From an uncultured Coriobacteriaceae bacterium (lineage in GTDB: Bacteria; Actinomycetota; Coriobacteriia; Coriobacteriales; QAMH01): a stretch of DNA of 64,000 nucleotides. The stretch is from contig CAYLYJ010000001.1 in assembly GCA_964388185.1 (NCBI GenBank), positions 25,873 to 89,872 of the forward strand, written 5' to 3'. Below the pieces are notes generated by a model. The model searched no databases. It had not been told where the DNA came from and saw nothing but the letters and a program-made list of their open reading frames with translations. Below, one piece after another: positions 15,001-27,000 of the stretch. Each line of letters opens with the position of its first letter. Position 1 is the stretch's first letter. The translations under genes and the position numbers were made by a program.

Positions 15001-18000
15001 AGAAGCAGGACCTCGTGTTCGAGCTCGGCGACGGCGACTGGACGCTCAACAACCTCAACCGCGACGACGGCATGTTCGACGGCACGCTCAACCGCGTCTA
15101 CACGATGCAGGACGTGAACGTGCCGACGAAGGGCAACGTCACCCGCGACGGCTACGAGCTGGCCGGCTGGGCGACGAGCGAGGCCATCCGCGACGCGGCG
15201 ACTGCGAGCGGCGACTACAGCGCGCTCATCGCTCCGGGCGCCCGCTGGAACGTCCCGGCCAACGAGACCGAGCTCGACTACGAGGGCTTCGGCATCGTGA
15301 GGCTGTGGGCTGTGTGGAAGGCCCTGCCGAGCCCCTACATCGTCAAGGTGTACCGCGTCGAGGGTGGCAAGGTCATCCGCGACAAGGAATTCGAGCGCGC
15401 GACGAGCTACACCGACCCGTCCGGCCAGCGCCAGACCAAGCCGGCCTACATCGATGCCGACGACGAGACGCTGCTGCAGGCCCCGACCGGCCAGACCGTG
15501 GGCTTCTACAGCTCGATGGTGCAGGGCCTGCACGGACATCTGCAGCCGCATCGCGCGGGCTACACGCTCATCACCGACGAGACCTACTCCACGGTCTACG
15601 GCAACGCCAAGCTCGAGGGCGAGGTCACGGCTGACGGCCGCATGACGCTCACGCTCTACTACGTGGCCGTGCCCGGCGGCTCCAAGTACACGGTCGAGTA
15701 CTGGTACTGGGATGCCATCACCGGCAAGCCGATGAAGTTCGACGAGGCCGTCGCCCCGACCGTCACGCTCAACGGCACCGCGGGCCTCATCGCCAACGCG
15801 AACACCGCCGGCATCAACAACGCGCCGGGCGTGCTCGACACGACCATGGCCGATGCGCCGGTCGAGGACCTCACGACGAACTACACCTCGCTGTCGTGGA
15901 TGTGGAAGGACATCGAGGGCTACATCAGCGCGGCCGCCTCGACGTGGCGCTACACCGGCAACAGCTACGACTACACCTACGCCACGACCGTCAACGGCGA
16001 GATCGTGAACCGCACCATCACCATCACGAGCGACACCTCGTGGAGCTCCACGTACTCCGGCATGATCATGGGCGACCCGAACAACATGCTCACGCTGCGC
16101 ATGTTCTACATCCCGGCGCCGCGCGAGGTCATCTTCTCGCCGGAGGCCGGCACCTGGACCGCGGGCAGCGACACGTTCAGCTCCTCGGCCACCGTGCAGT
16201 ACACGACCGGCCAGGTCATCAACATCCCGCGCGGCGAGAACATCACGCGCACGGGCTACACGCTGCTTGGCTGGACGACCGACAAGGCCAACCTGGATGC
16301 CTGGAGCGCGAACGCGAGCCGTGACCTGGACGGCCTGAAGGCGCTGCTCGGCGACAACTGGGCGGATTCGCTGTTCACCAGCAGCTACACGGTGGGCACG
16401 ACCACCCCGCAGACGCTGTACGCCGTGTGGGGCCCGTCGGCCACGACCGTGACCGTCGAGCACTACCGCGTCGTGTGCGACTACACGAGCAACCCCGACG
16501 GCAGCCGCGTGCTCACCAACGTGCTGCGCGTCGACACCGACCCGGTGTACACGACGACGCAGAACGCCACGACCGAGGGCGCCTTCACCCGCGAGATGCT
16601 CAAGTACATCACGCCCGACCAGTACGCGGCGTTCCCGCTGCTCAAGGGCTACGAGTACTTCGAGGGCTTCAACATGCCGTTTGGCACCGAGAACTACGCC
16701 GAGGTCGTCGAGATCCCGAGCGTGGCCGGTGACGGCTCCACGACGCTCAAGATCTACTACGTGAGCGTGCGCGTGGCCTACACCGTCGAGTTCTGGCAGG
16801 TGTCCGGCGAGGGCGTCGCGACCCCGATCAAGAACGCCGACGGCACCAACCTCGTGATCCGCCACGACGGCAACGAGAACGACGAGCATCCGATGGGTCT
16901 GACCGGTGCCTACGCCGCGGCTGACGCCCATAAGGATGGCAGCGGCAACTGGCTGCCCGTCGGCCCGTACGTGGATGCCGACGGCAACACCATCGTCCCG
17001 ACCGAGCTGTGCGACGGCGCCTACTACTTCGACGGCCAGATCATCGGTTACCACTTCGCGCCGGGCACTTTCACGATCAACGACGTGAGCTTCACCTCCG
17101 ACCAGTACAAGATGATCGAGGGCGACGGCTCCACGGTGCTCAAGCTCTACTACATCCCCGACACCTTCCGCCTGGGTCTCATCCTCAACGGCAACACCTA
17201 CTCGGATGCCACCTGGATCAAGAGCTACAACGGCGCCGGTAACGGCTTCGTCCAGACCGGCAGCCTGCAGGTCTCCTCCGGCCAGCAGCTCTACCTGCCG
17301 GGTAGCGCTGCTGCCAAGCGCCCGGGCTACAAGCTCATGGGCTGGTACGCCGCCGACACCTACATCGACGTCAAGGGCGCCGCCTCCATCGAGCGGTACA
17401 ACAAGATGCTCGCCGACGCCGACCCGGACTTCTTCGCCGCGGGCAGCCTCTTCACCTGCCCGAACGTCGACCAGGATGGCGAGTACTTCCTGTGGGCCGT
17501 GTGGGTTGCCGAGGAGTCCAACTACCGCGTGCAGTACTACAAGGTCGACTCGAAGGGCAACGCCACGCTCGAGTACACGAACGCCAACGTGGCCTTCAAG
17601 TACGCCACCGGCGACACCTTCGATCTGCGCGAGTACGAGACCGACGGCACGACCGTGAAGGGCCTCAAGGCCATCTACGCGCTGCCGACCAACGCGACGT
17701 TCTCCGACAACGGTCGCACCTACGACTTCCGCGGCTACACGCTCGACCTCGACAACATCGACTCGATCCTGGCCGCCATCATCAACGGTGACCCGAACAA
17801 CCCGACGACCTTCAAGGTCTACTACCAGGCCAACACCGACACCCAGTACAAGGTGCATCACGTCTTCGTCGACGGTGACGGCAACACCTTCGAGGTGCTC
17901 GTCGAGATGCGCCTGGGCGAGACCGACTCCGAGGTGCAGCCCTCCGACATCGGCCTGGCCTACCAGAACAAGAAGAACACGATCCGCGGCGAGATGAAGG

Positions 18001-21000
18001 GCAACGTGCTGTGGCTGTCCTACATCGCGGGCGAGGGCACCGAGTTCCCGTACGACTTCACCGGCTTCATGTTCCATCCGAACTCCGACGGCACCGTTCC
18101 GGGCACGAACCTGCAGACGAGCCTCGCCGCCAAGATCGCGGGCACGGGCCTCACCGAGTTCACGCTGTACTACATCGCCGACGAGCTGCCGCTGAACCTG
18201 TTCCTGGGCGACGCCGCCACGTCGACCGACATGGACAAGCGCAACTGGATGAGCGGCAGCGCCAACATCTCCGGCAACTACAAGGTCGGCAAGACCATCA
18301 CGCTGCCGGGCCGCGACGCCGCGAGCCGCAACGGCTACGAGCTCGTCGGCTGGTACTCCGGCCCCGACTTCGCGCTGTTCACCAACCTCATGGGCGCCAA
18401 CTCCGTCACCGCCGCGGCCTGGCTGTCGCAGCAGCAGACGATGGACCCGTACGGCGTGAACCGCCTGTTCATCCCGGCCGGCGGCGAGTTCAAGATGCCG
18501 CAGGGCGTCACGAACCTGTACGCCGTGTGGCGCGCCAAGCAGATCACCTTCACCGTGGACCGCTACCAGATCACCGGCGGCACGCAGGCCGACAAGCTCA
18601 CGACGCTCGAGTTCAAGGGCTACGCGGGTGACGAGGTCAGCTTCATCGACCCGGAGACGCCTGTTGCCAGGAGCATCGTGTACGAGACCTACACCGACGT
18701 CGACGGCGTTGAGCGCATGCGCGTCAAGATGGTCGACGACGGCACCGGCACGATGATTCCGCTGTACGAGAGCCGCGTCATGACCGGCCCCGAGGACGTC
18801 AACAACTGGCACGTGCCCGGCATCCCCGGCTACCACCTGTACCGCGACGCGAGCAAGGGCGGCACCGACACGCCGGCCGACGCCACCGTCCTGGGCGTGG
18901 ACTACAGCGCCAAGATCGTGACGACGGGCTGGATCACCGAGATCGCCGGCATGCCGCTGGGCGACCCGAAGATCGTCCTGGTCTTCGTGCCCGACACCGA
19001 CACGCCGTTCAAGGTCTTCCACCACCTGGTGCAGGGCGACGGCGACATCTACGACATCAAGGACGCATCCGGCGAGCTGTTCTTCACCATCGGCACCGGC
19101 AAGACCGGCCAGTTCATCGACGAGGCCACGGGCCGCACCTTCGAGCTCGGCAGCTGGCTGGACGCCCTGGGCGTGAGCCATGCCGACCTCATCGCCGGCT
19201 ACACCTTCGGTGACTACGCCGACCAGAAGCTCACCGGTACCATCCTGGCCGATGGCACCATGGAGCTGCACCTGTACTACCTGGCCGACCGCCAGCAGCT
19301 CAACTTCGAGCTCGGCACGGACGCGACCGGCACCGGCGCCAACGTGAACGACCCGTACGACAACGGCGCCTGGTGGCGTGGCGACGACCCGTCGACCGAC
19401 ATCTACCACAGCGCCGAGAAGGTCACGCTGCCCAACGCCACCGCCGGCATCCGCCCGGGCTACGAGCTGTACGGCTGGTACGAGAGCATCGACGGCTCCA
19501 TCGTCGACGTCGACGGCAACACCGTCATCCCGAGCAACCTGACCGGCGCGGCCGCCAACGAGTGGATCAAGAAGAACGCCAGCCTCATCAAGCTCGCGGG
19601 CGAGACCCTCGGCTTCTCGATGCCCAACCACGAGACGACGCTGTACGCCGTGTGGAAGGCCGTCGAGAGCGACTACAAGGTCATCGTCTACGTCAAGCAG
19701 GGCGACGGCTCGCTCGAAGAGCTCACCGTCTACGAGCGCACGGGTCTCACCGGCAACTGGCTCGACTACCGCACGCCGGGCAAGCCGGGCGAATACTTTG
19801 GCGACGACCACACGAAGATCTACGCCTGGCTCGACGCCATCACCATCCCGGCCGGCTACGAGCTCGTGCTGCCGAGCGACTACGACGCCATCCTCGGCGC
19901 GGGCGTGGCGCTGGGCGACCCGTTTGGCACCCTGAACGCCACGGGTGACGACGCCGACGCCGCCGGCATCGACAAGACGCTGCTGTACCTGTACCTGCGC
20001 GCCATCCCCAACGGTACGAAGTTCTTCGTCGAGCGCTACACCGTCGACGTGAACGACGACGGCGCGCTGCAGCTGCCCAAGCTCGTCGACCGCACCGAGC
20101 ACAACGGCACCGCCGGCCAGTACGTGCGCGTCGACGCGCTGTTCGATGGCATCGGCAACGTCGACCCCGAGATCGGCTGGCTGTACAAGGCACTGGCTGG
20201 CGTCATCACCGGCTTCACCTACGATCCGAGCTTCAGCAAGAACCTGCCGGAGAACTCGACCGTGGCGCAGCTGTACGCCACGAGCGCCACGGGCCGCATC
20301 ACCGGCATCGCCCTGGACGCCCAGTACACCGCCGAGGGTGCGCTCATCCTCAAGCTCTACTACACGATCGACAGCTACACGCTCACCTACAAGAGCCTCG
20401 GCGGCGAGATCACCGAGCCCGACGGCACGAAGGCCGAGAACGTGGACCGCACCGTGTGGTACAAGCACAACTTCACGCCGCTGGGTGCCGACAAGGTCAA
20501 GAAGACCGGCTACGACCTCATCGGCTGGCTCGACCCCGAGACCGGTACCGTCTACGACATCAAGGCCGACGGCACCTTCGACCCGATCTCCTACATCTGG
20601 GGCGCCAACAAGGTGCTCGAGGCCGTGTGGAAGGCCCAGCCCGCTGACGTCAAGGTCGTGCACGTGAAGGTCAACCATGACGGCGAGGCGCATATCGCCA
20701 AGACCGAGCTGTTCGAGAAGGCCAAGGACGTGGGCCTGACCTGGACCGTGGCCGAGCGTGACAACCTCACGCCGCACGACTCCGAGACCTTCGTCGACCG
20801 CCTGGGCCGCCTGAACCCGAACAAGATCACGACGGCTGCCGACGTCGAGTTCTGGAGGGGCTACACGCACCTGAAGTACGGCCCGTATCTGACGCGCACC
20901 ATCGTCATCGACGGCGTGCCGACCACGATCACGAGCTCCATCGACGCCTTCGGCTACGAGCGCGCCGTGATCACCGCCGACAATCAGACGACGATCTACG

Positions 21001-24000
21001 TCTTCTACTACGCCGGCTACTGGAACAACACCGACCCGACCGACCCGACGCCGATCGACCCGGATGACCCGAACCCGATCGACCCGGATCCGACGGACCC
21101 GTATGACCCGACCGACCCGGACAACCCCGATCCGTTTGGCCCGGACGATCCCGATCCGTACGACCCGGATCCCGATCCGGATCCGAATCCGCCCATCAAC
21201 CCCGATCCGGACAACCCGACGCCCGGCCCGACCGACCCGGACAACCCCGATCCGGACGGCCCGAAGCCCGATCCGAACGATCCGGACAACCCGACGCCTC
21301 CGACGCCGCCGCAGATCGACGACGCCCTGAAGGTCAAGTACGTCGTGAACCGCTACAAGGTCACCGGCGACGGCGAGCGCGTGCTCGTGAGCTCCTACTA
21401 CTACAAGGCCTACGTGGGCGACACGATCTTCGCCGACGCCAAGTACGAGGGCGAGACCGTGCGTCGCGACGGCACGACCGTGTGGCGTGCGTTCGACAGC
21501 GACATCGAGGGCTACACGTACCGCGACAGCCTGCTCGGCACCGCCGACTACTACGCGTCGCATGCCGACTGGGTCACCGTCGACCACGGCACGCTCGCGG
21601 GCGTGACCGGCAACGCCGTCAGCCTCGTGCTCAACCTGTACTACGAGGCCGACGTCCACACGCTCACGCTGAACCTCGATCCGGACACGACCAAGGGCAG
21701 CTTCACCGCGCCGGCTGGCTGGACGATCAGCGATGACGGCCGCAGCATCTGGCGCACCTACCGCACTGGCCAGACGACCGTGGCGCTGCCGAGCGACCTC
21801 GTGGGCACCGACGGCCGCCACGACAACGCTGCCGCCGACCCGTTCCGCAGCGGCTACGAGCTCGTGGGCTGGTCGACCAACGCCGACGCCGCCGGACTCA
21901 TCGGCGAGGCCTCCAAGCTCAAGGCCGACGAGTACCGCAACGACGCGAACCGCCTCGTGGGTGACAAGGCCGACACCTACCTGAACGAGTCGACCGCCAA
22001 TCCGAAGGCCGATGGCATCTACAGCCGCGTGCTCTACACCGAAGACGGCGTGCGCGTGCTCATGCCGGCCACCGACTTGCAGCTGTGGGCCATCTGGAGC
22101 GCGGACAGCAACACGGTGTTCACCGTGAACCGCTACAAGATCACCGGCGAGGGCAACAAGGTGCTGGTGGGCACCGACACGCTGACGGGTTACACCGATA
22201 GCACCGTGACGGTCGACGCCAACTACATCACGCGCACCACCGGCAGCGCCCCGGTCGACACCGACACGCACTTCTACCTGGCGCGCGACCTGGCCATCCA
22301 GGGCTACAGCTACCAGCGCGAGATCGCCGCGACGATCACGCTGCCGGACGGCACCGTCGTCAACGTCCCGGGCGCCGGCACCAAGTCGATCTACGAGGGC
22401 GTCGTCGCCCCGGACGGCAGCCTCGTGCTCGACCTGTACTACGCCTGCTATAACCTGGACGACGACGGCAACCCGATCATGTACAAGATCACCTTCGACC
22501 CGGGCAAGGGCACCTGGAACGCCGACCCGTCCAACGGCACGAGCGACGAGCGCACCGTGTACTTCTTCGCCGAGCAGAACACGGGCACGCTCATGCACGA
22601 CATCGAGCGCGCCGGCTACGACTTCCTGGGCTGGACCACCGAGCAGTTCCACGAGAACAAGGGCAACCAGGTCGAGGTCTCGAGCGCCATGGGCACGCCG
22701 AGCCGCGAGATCTCCAAGGACGGTGACGACCCGATCAACGGCTACGAGGGCTGGGGCACCACCGAGGGCGCCTACCTGACCGCCTCGCTGGCCGGCACGA
22801 GCCTCATCGACGGCAACGCCGACCTGTTCACGCGCATCCTGTACGGCTTCATCATGCCGGGTGCCGACGTGAAGCTGCACGCCGTGTGGTACGCACGCAA
22901 CGACATCGAGTACACCGTCGAGCACTACCGCGTCGACGGCAACGGCAACGTCAAGGACGTCATCACCGAGACGCGCTACGGCGTGACCGATGACCCGATC
23001 GTGGCCATCGACCACGTGGGCGACGCCGACACGATGGCGCGCTACGACGCGGCCGGCCAGCGCTACGTGCGCGACAACGACTTCATCGGCTACGACATCG
23101 TTGCCGACGGCACCGACATCACCTACAAGGACGCCAGCGGCAACACCGTGACCGCCCAGAACGTGCGCTACGGCACGCCGGACGGCTCCACCAGGCTCGT
23201 GCTCAAGCTGTACTACCAGGGCCGTCCGCTCAAGCTCAACTTCGAGGCCGGCCTGGGCACCTGGGATACGATCGACTCGAGCGTCCAGGGCTCGCTCAAG
23301 ACCGTGTACCCGGTCTACACCGAGCAGAAGTTCGACGTCGGCGCCGACTACTTCGACCTGCACCGCGAGGGCTACCGCCTCATCGGCTGGACCACGCTCG
23401 AGTACTTCGAGCATGACGGCAAGAACATCCACGTCGCCTGGGCCAAGGCCTGGGATTCCATCAACGTGTCCATGAACATCATGCCGCTGTACCAGCAGGG
23501 CGACATCTTCACGATGGGCCTGACCGAGACCACGCTGTACGCCGTGTGGGAGGCCAACACCTACACGCTGCGCCTCAACGAGGGCACCACCACCAGCAAG
23601 GACGCCACCTGGACGCCGAGCCACCGCCTGGTGACCGACGAGGAGATCCACCTGCCCGGTAGCACCGTGCTCGAGCGCGACGGCTACGAGCTCGTGGGCT
23701 GGTTCTACAAGCCCACCGTCGAGGTCGAGGTCGACGGCGTCATGCAGACCGTCTACGTGGGCACCTCCGAGGGCAAGATCAGCCAGCTGGCCGCCGCCAT
23801 CGCGATGCTCGAGGCCGGCAACGACCCGGTCACGGGCGGCAAGAAGTTCACCCTCAACGACGCCAACACCGTCTACGTCATGCCGCCGAGCAACGTGAAC
23901 CTGTACGCCGTGTGGCGCGCCAAGGGCGACACGGTCTACACCGTGCGCTACTACAAGGTCAACGGCAACGGCGAGCTGGAAGTGTGGCTCGAGGTCGAGA

Positions 24001-27000
24001 CCAAGGGCATCACCGGCGAGACCTACCAGATCGCCGACCCGAACAACGCCAGCGAGGTCAACAACGCGAGCTACAAGGCGCAGCTGCAGGCCATCGACTG
24101 GCGCGGCTACATGGCCAAGTACACGGCCACGCTGTTCAACGGTAACAAGAACGGCTTCGACGTGACCGACCCGACGCTGACCTGGGGCACGCAGCTCCCG
24201 ACCAGCGCCTTCACCATCGCCGATAGCGGCTGGACCACGACGGTCATCGGCAACATCAAGCAGATGGTGTCCGGCGACGGCTCCACCGTCATCACCATCG
24301 TCATGGAGGCCAAGCCCATCAGCCTGATCCTGGACAAGGGCACCTACGGCCAGTGGAACCGCGCTGACGGCCAGATGCCGGGCGTGTACCAGAACTACCA
24401 GGTGGACGCCGATGGCAAGCATGGCGTGCGCGAGGGCCAGGACCTGGCGCTGCCGGGTAGCGACGTGCTCATCCGCCCGGGCTACACGCTGGTGGGCTGG
24501 TACTACACCGACGCGGCCACCAACCTCAAGGGCAACGCCTCGATCGTGGAGGCCATGAACTGCGCGATGGACATGGGCACGACCGACGGCGTCATCCACT
24601 TCACGCCGCTGGGCAGCACCTTCCACATGCCGAACCACGACGTGACGCTGTACGCCGTGTGGAGCGCCAACACCGACACGAAGTACCAGGTCGTGCGCTA
24701 CATCATCACCGGTGACGGCAAGCGCGAGGTGTACGACACGATCGAGCACTACGGCGTCACCGACGAGGTCGCCAGCGCCATCGAGTACGACCCGAACAAG
24801 CAGCAGTACTGGAACATCGACAACCTGCCGATCAAGGGCTACGAGTACGTGCCCGGCGGCCAGAACGCGTACTACTTCGACGACGCGGGCACGCAGCACA
24901 CCGTGACCTCGATCGAGACCGGCATCCTCGTGGGCCATGAGGACTGGGACACCTGGGATCGCGGCACGAACATCGACGACATGGGCGTCTACGTCATCCC
25001 CGACGGCCAGCAGCTGCTGCAGCTGTTCCTGTACTACGCACCCAAGCAGTTCAACCTGACGATCGACCTGGGTGCCGGCAAGTGGGTGGACGACGCCGTG
25101 GAGACGCGCCCGAACGCCTTCCCGGCCTTCCCGAGCCAGCCGCAGGGCACGAAGGGCTACTACACCGGCACGAGCATCGAGCTGCCGATCGACGTGCGCT
25201 ACAACGGCCTCGTGAGCGTGGGCCTCGATAACCAGAACCGTCCGTACTCGCTGCAGGGCTACGCGTTCGACAACGGCTCGACCGTCATCATCACGCACGA
25301 GGACGGCACGCAGGAGGCCAGGTCGGCTGCCGACGTCATCGCGCTGGCCAGCCAGAAGAACGGCCTCGACAACTTCGTGTACCTGCAGGCCCTCATCGAC
25401 TCGCTGCTGTTCATCCCGGCCAACGACGCCGGTTCGACCTTCAGCATGTGGGCCGAGGACGTGACGCTATACGCGGTGTGGACGCTGTCGGTGCAGCCGC
25501 TGACCTTCGACCCGTCCGGCTATGCCGACATCAACGACCCGGATGACTTCCGCGACGCCCTCAAGGTGAGCGAGGAGCACACCGACAAGGACGCCCAGCC
25601 GGGTGGCGCGTGGTCGCTGCTCGAGCCCGACGGCTCCGTGTCGCTCGACCCGATCACCGGCCAGGCCAAGCCGGGCACGAGCGCGCCGGCCGAGTTCTAC
25701 GACGGCAAGCAGAACAACATCGGCGCCGCAGTCGAGCTGCCGCGCGAGGAGCTGCTCGTCCGCCTGGGCTACACGCTCGTGGGCTGGAGCGTCGACGAGT
25801 ACGCCACGGCGCCGGACGAGGGCCTGGACTACCGCAAGCTGTCGAAGAACGCCAAGGGCAACTACGTGTCGACGTGGACGATGCCGGCTGACCCGGCCAC
25901 GCTGTTCGCCGTGTGGATGGCCAACGACATCACGCTCGAGTTCGACGTCAACGGCGGCGACGACGGCAGCCAGCCCGACAAGATCTACAGCTGGACCGAC
26001 TGCTTCGTGACGATCCCCGAGCAGGAGCCGACCCGCGCTGGTTCGAAGTTCCAGGGCTGGGCGCTGGCCAGCGATAGCACCGACGTGTCCTACCAGCCGT
26101 TCGACACCTATCAGATGGTGGCGGCCTGGGACAAGACGCTCGGCGAGGCTAGCGGCACCGAGAACCCGAACGTGCTGTTCGCGCTGTGGAAGAACGAGGG
26201 CTTCACGGTCGAGTATTGGGCGACCTGCGATGATAGCCCGGATGAGGAGATCAAGGTCTTCGAGGTCACGGTGCCGTACGACACGTTCCTGTTCGACGCG
26301 ACCGTGGAGCCGGAGTTCGAGGGCTGGATGATCGAGGGTTGGTTCATTGATACGGCTTTCGGTTTGGCCATCGAGCAGGATTGGACGGCCGACCAGGTTG
26401 TCGAGGAGTATGGCTATTGCTTCCCCGATCCGTGGGATGGCGTGTCGCCCATCCAGGTGCATGCAGTGTGGACTGAGCGTGTCATCACTGTTAACTTCGA
26501 TTGGCAGGGCAATCCGAACGGTCCTGTGTCGACAGAGTTCTACTGGACAAATGGTATGCCTGGATTGACCTCTATCGCCATGAAGGGTTCCGAGTTCTAC
26601 GGCTGGATGACTGACCCGCTGTATGGCCGTTACACCGACGGCCGCTTCAGCCCCGACGAGGATCCCGATCATGAAATGACGCTTGGCGAGATTGTCAAGT
26701 CCATGCTCGAGGACCAGGTTGACCAGTTCTACCTCGAGAACATTACCAAGATCAGCGAGGTCAAGGAGATTACTCTGTACGCCATGTTCAACCCGATGGA
26801 TTACACAATCCATTACGAAACAGGATACGACCTCGAATTGGACGATGTGCATACGCCGTTCGATCTCTCCCAGGTTTACAGTCGTATGCCTGGTAATCGC
26901 GATGGATACGTGTTTGACGGTTGGTATACCGCCGAGGGCGTGCGCATCGATGAATCACAGCAGTATGCAAGCTTGGTTGCCAATGACACTGTTATGGAAA

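Noticed and set aside
120-26852. Very long minus-strand ORFs antisense to the first giant gene (120..3296, 3558..14207, 14760..25298, 25467..26852)
   Set aside because: They are codon-aligned shadows of the sense frame and exist only because the sense gene avoids TTA/CTA/TCA. Their translations are V/A/G/D/H/R-rich with no domain-like patterns, whereas the plus-strand frame shows clear repeat-domain architecture.
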